Positions 25,340 to 26,623 of a DNA stretch of 26,623 nucleotides are shown in pieces. The notes under the pieces were generated by a model that saw only the letters and a list, made by a program, of their open reading frames with translations, was not told the DNA's origin and ran no database searches. The position numbers and the translations under genes are program-made. The DNA is taken from IMG/VR virus record IMGVR_UViG_3300043414_000156, positions 1-26,623 of that record; one strand, given 5' to 3'. This stretch comes from a virus. Lineage: Duplodnaviria; Caudoviricetes. Positions within the stretch are counted from its first letter, which is position 1, and every line of letters begins with the position of its first letter.

Positions 25340-26623
25340 GCTCTTGTTTGTATAAATCTACTAAACTTTGGTGCATATCGATTTTGTTTTGCAGCATGGT
25401 GTACATGCGGCGCTCGACTGGACTGCCTTGCAAGTGTGTGACTGTAACTTTGTTTGTTTGCCCTGCGCGGTGTGCCCGTGAGTTAGCTTGTAGATAGATT
25501 TCTGTGGAGCTTACTGGACCCCACCACACCACTTGGTCAGCACGAGTCAACGTAATACCATGAGCCGTAGCCTGCGGCACTAACAATAAAATACGCGGGT
25601 CGTTTTCGGTCTGAAACTGTTTAATGATGTCTGCTCGGCGTGTAGAAGCAACGCCGCCATGAATAGTCTGCACTGTGTACCCCTCTTTGAGCAGAGCATT
25701 TTCTACCATATTAAGCGTATGCCGATACGGTATAAATACTAGTATCTTGTGGCTAGTTTCTTCTATAACGTTTATTAGCTCAGCCATACGGTTAGATACA
25801 TCAAACTCAACCACACCACCATCATCCGTATATACCGCCCCTTGCGCCACTTGCAAAAGTTTGTTAAGCATACCCGCCGCGTTAACAGCTGAAATTTCAC
25901 AGCCTGCGGCGATCGTCATCATTTGTTTTTTGAGCGCGTCATAGTACTTAGTTTGCTGCGGAGTCAACGGAACTTCACGCGTCGAATACAGCAGGTCAGG
26001 CAGGTCCAAGCATTCTTCTTTAGTGAATCTGATTGCGGGCTGTAGCACTTGATGAACTACCTGCTGTGCCGTCTGCCTAGGTGCCCATTTGTATTGGGTA
26101 ATCTTAACCATTACCTTATCGCGGAATGCGCCAAAGAATCTCGGTACTGAGTCGGGGGAAACAAGTTTAGCCAAACCATACGCGTCTAGCGGGGACTGCG
26201 ATGCAGGTGTGCCAGTCATCATCCACAAGCGCGTGTTCGGTTTAATTAATGCCGCAAGGCACTTCCACCGATCTGTTGACACACTCTTAACTGCATTGGC
26301 CTCGTCCACGATGATGAGATCAAACCCACCGGCGGCTAACTCATCGTTAACAACTTTAACGCCATCAAAATTGATAATGACAAACTCGTAGTCACCGTCA
26401 ATAAGTTTCTTACGTTGGGTGCGTGAGCCTTGGGCAATAGCAACGGTGCGGTGCATGACCGTCTTAAATAAATCAGAGCGCCACGCAGTGTCCATAATAG
26501 ATACGGGGCATATAACGAGGACTCGTTTGACTTTACCTTGCGTCATTAAATAGTCTGCCGCCCATGCCGCCGCGCTTGTCTTGCCCGTACCCGCTTCGTT
26601 AAACACAAAGCATCGCGGGTGGA
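25323..26623 (-). CDS. SNF2-family (SF2) helicase/ATPase, 5' truncated
   Basis: Frame stays open to the window edge (HPRCFVFNEAGTGKT); Walker A GTGKT, LVICP, LIIVDEAN, MTGTP, KLLQ, HGITLT and QANSRAHRAGQ motifs. Confidence 0.93.
   Translation of the reverse strand, partial: HPRCFVFNEAGTGKTSAAAWAADYLMTQGKVKRVLVICPVSIMDTAWRSDLFKTVMHRTVAIAQGSRTQRKKLIDGDYEFVIINFDGVKVVNDELAAGGFDLIIVDEANAVKSVSTDRWKCLAALIKPNTRLWMMTGTPASQSPLDAYGLAKLVSPDSVPRFFGAFRDKVMVKITQYKWAPRQTAQQVVHQVLQPAIRFTKEECLDLPDLLYSTREVPLTPQQTKYYDALKKQMMTIAAGCEISAVNAAGMLNKLLQVAQGAVYTDDGGVVEFDVSNRMAELINVIEETSHKILVFIPYRHTLNMVENALLKEGYTVQTIHGGVASTRRADIIKQFQTENDPRILLLVPQATAHGITLTRADQVVWWGPVSSTEIYLQANSRAHRAGQTNKVTVTHLQGSPVERRMYTMLQNKIDMHQSLVDLYKQELDTEI

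Larger units (their letters stand above)
1..26623. mobile_element. Tailed dsDNA phage genome segment (Caudoviricetes, podovirus-like late module plus convergent replication module)
   Basis: Tail fibre with S74 chaperone, holin/endolysin, internal virion/polyvalent proteins, primase-helicase and SNF2 helicase in two tightly packed convergent operons; no bacterial housekeeping genes; free phage vs prophage cannot be decided from this window. Confidence 0.95.

Noticed and set aside
26290-26320. DEAN instead of DEAH in helicase motif II as a sign of inactivation
   Set aside because: The catalytic DE pair and all other motifs are intact; the fourth position varies among SF2 enzymes
183-26391. Many short antisense or alternate-frame ORFs in the track (for example 4024-4488, 8871-9371, 13525-14052, 16240-16716, 21418-21780)
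   Set aside because: Shadows of long real genes with no SD noticed and non-protein-like composition; only 16197-16430 has independent support
1-26623. tRNA, rRNA, integrase/att sites, introns or inteins, alternative genetic code, specific host assignment
   Set aside because: None evident by eye; long ORFs are intact in code 11 and use all three stop codons; the host cannot be named from this sequence, though a Gram-negative host is assumed by the TonB hypothesis

Overview
The whole window is a gene-dense segment of a tailed dsDNA phage genome with podovirus-like organisation. No host chromosomal genes, integrase, tRNA, rRNA or CRISPR array were seen. The + strand (1-20554) is a late operon: the end of a virion gene, a modular tail fibre with a C-terminal S74 autochaperone, small genes, a lysis cassette (holin plus M15A peptidase), a probable tail nozzle/stabilisation protein, three large low-complexity internal (ejected) virion proteins, and a 2103-aa polyvalent protein (metallopeptidase, ART-like and LPD38-like domains). 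The - strand (20548-26623) is a convergent replication operon: SNF2 helicase (partial), a coiled-coil protein, an SSB-like protein, an HTH protein, an AEP primase-DUF927 helicase and a small basic protein. The most interesting signals are not domains. They are (i) three tandem TonB-box-like peptides in one putative ejection protein, (ii) four beta-clamp-binding-like peptides spaced along the polyvalent protein, (iii) a probable overprinted 77-aa gene with a perfect Shine-Dalgarno inside the polyvalent gene, (iv) recurrent phi-A-x-G-G motifs across ejection proteins, and (v) an intergenic H-type pseudoknot. Together these suggest (inference only) injected proteins that engage host machines through arrays of short linear motif mimics. 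All family assignments are by-eye motif recognition; no database search was run.
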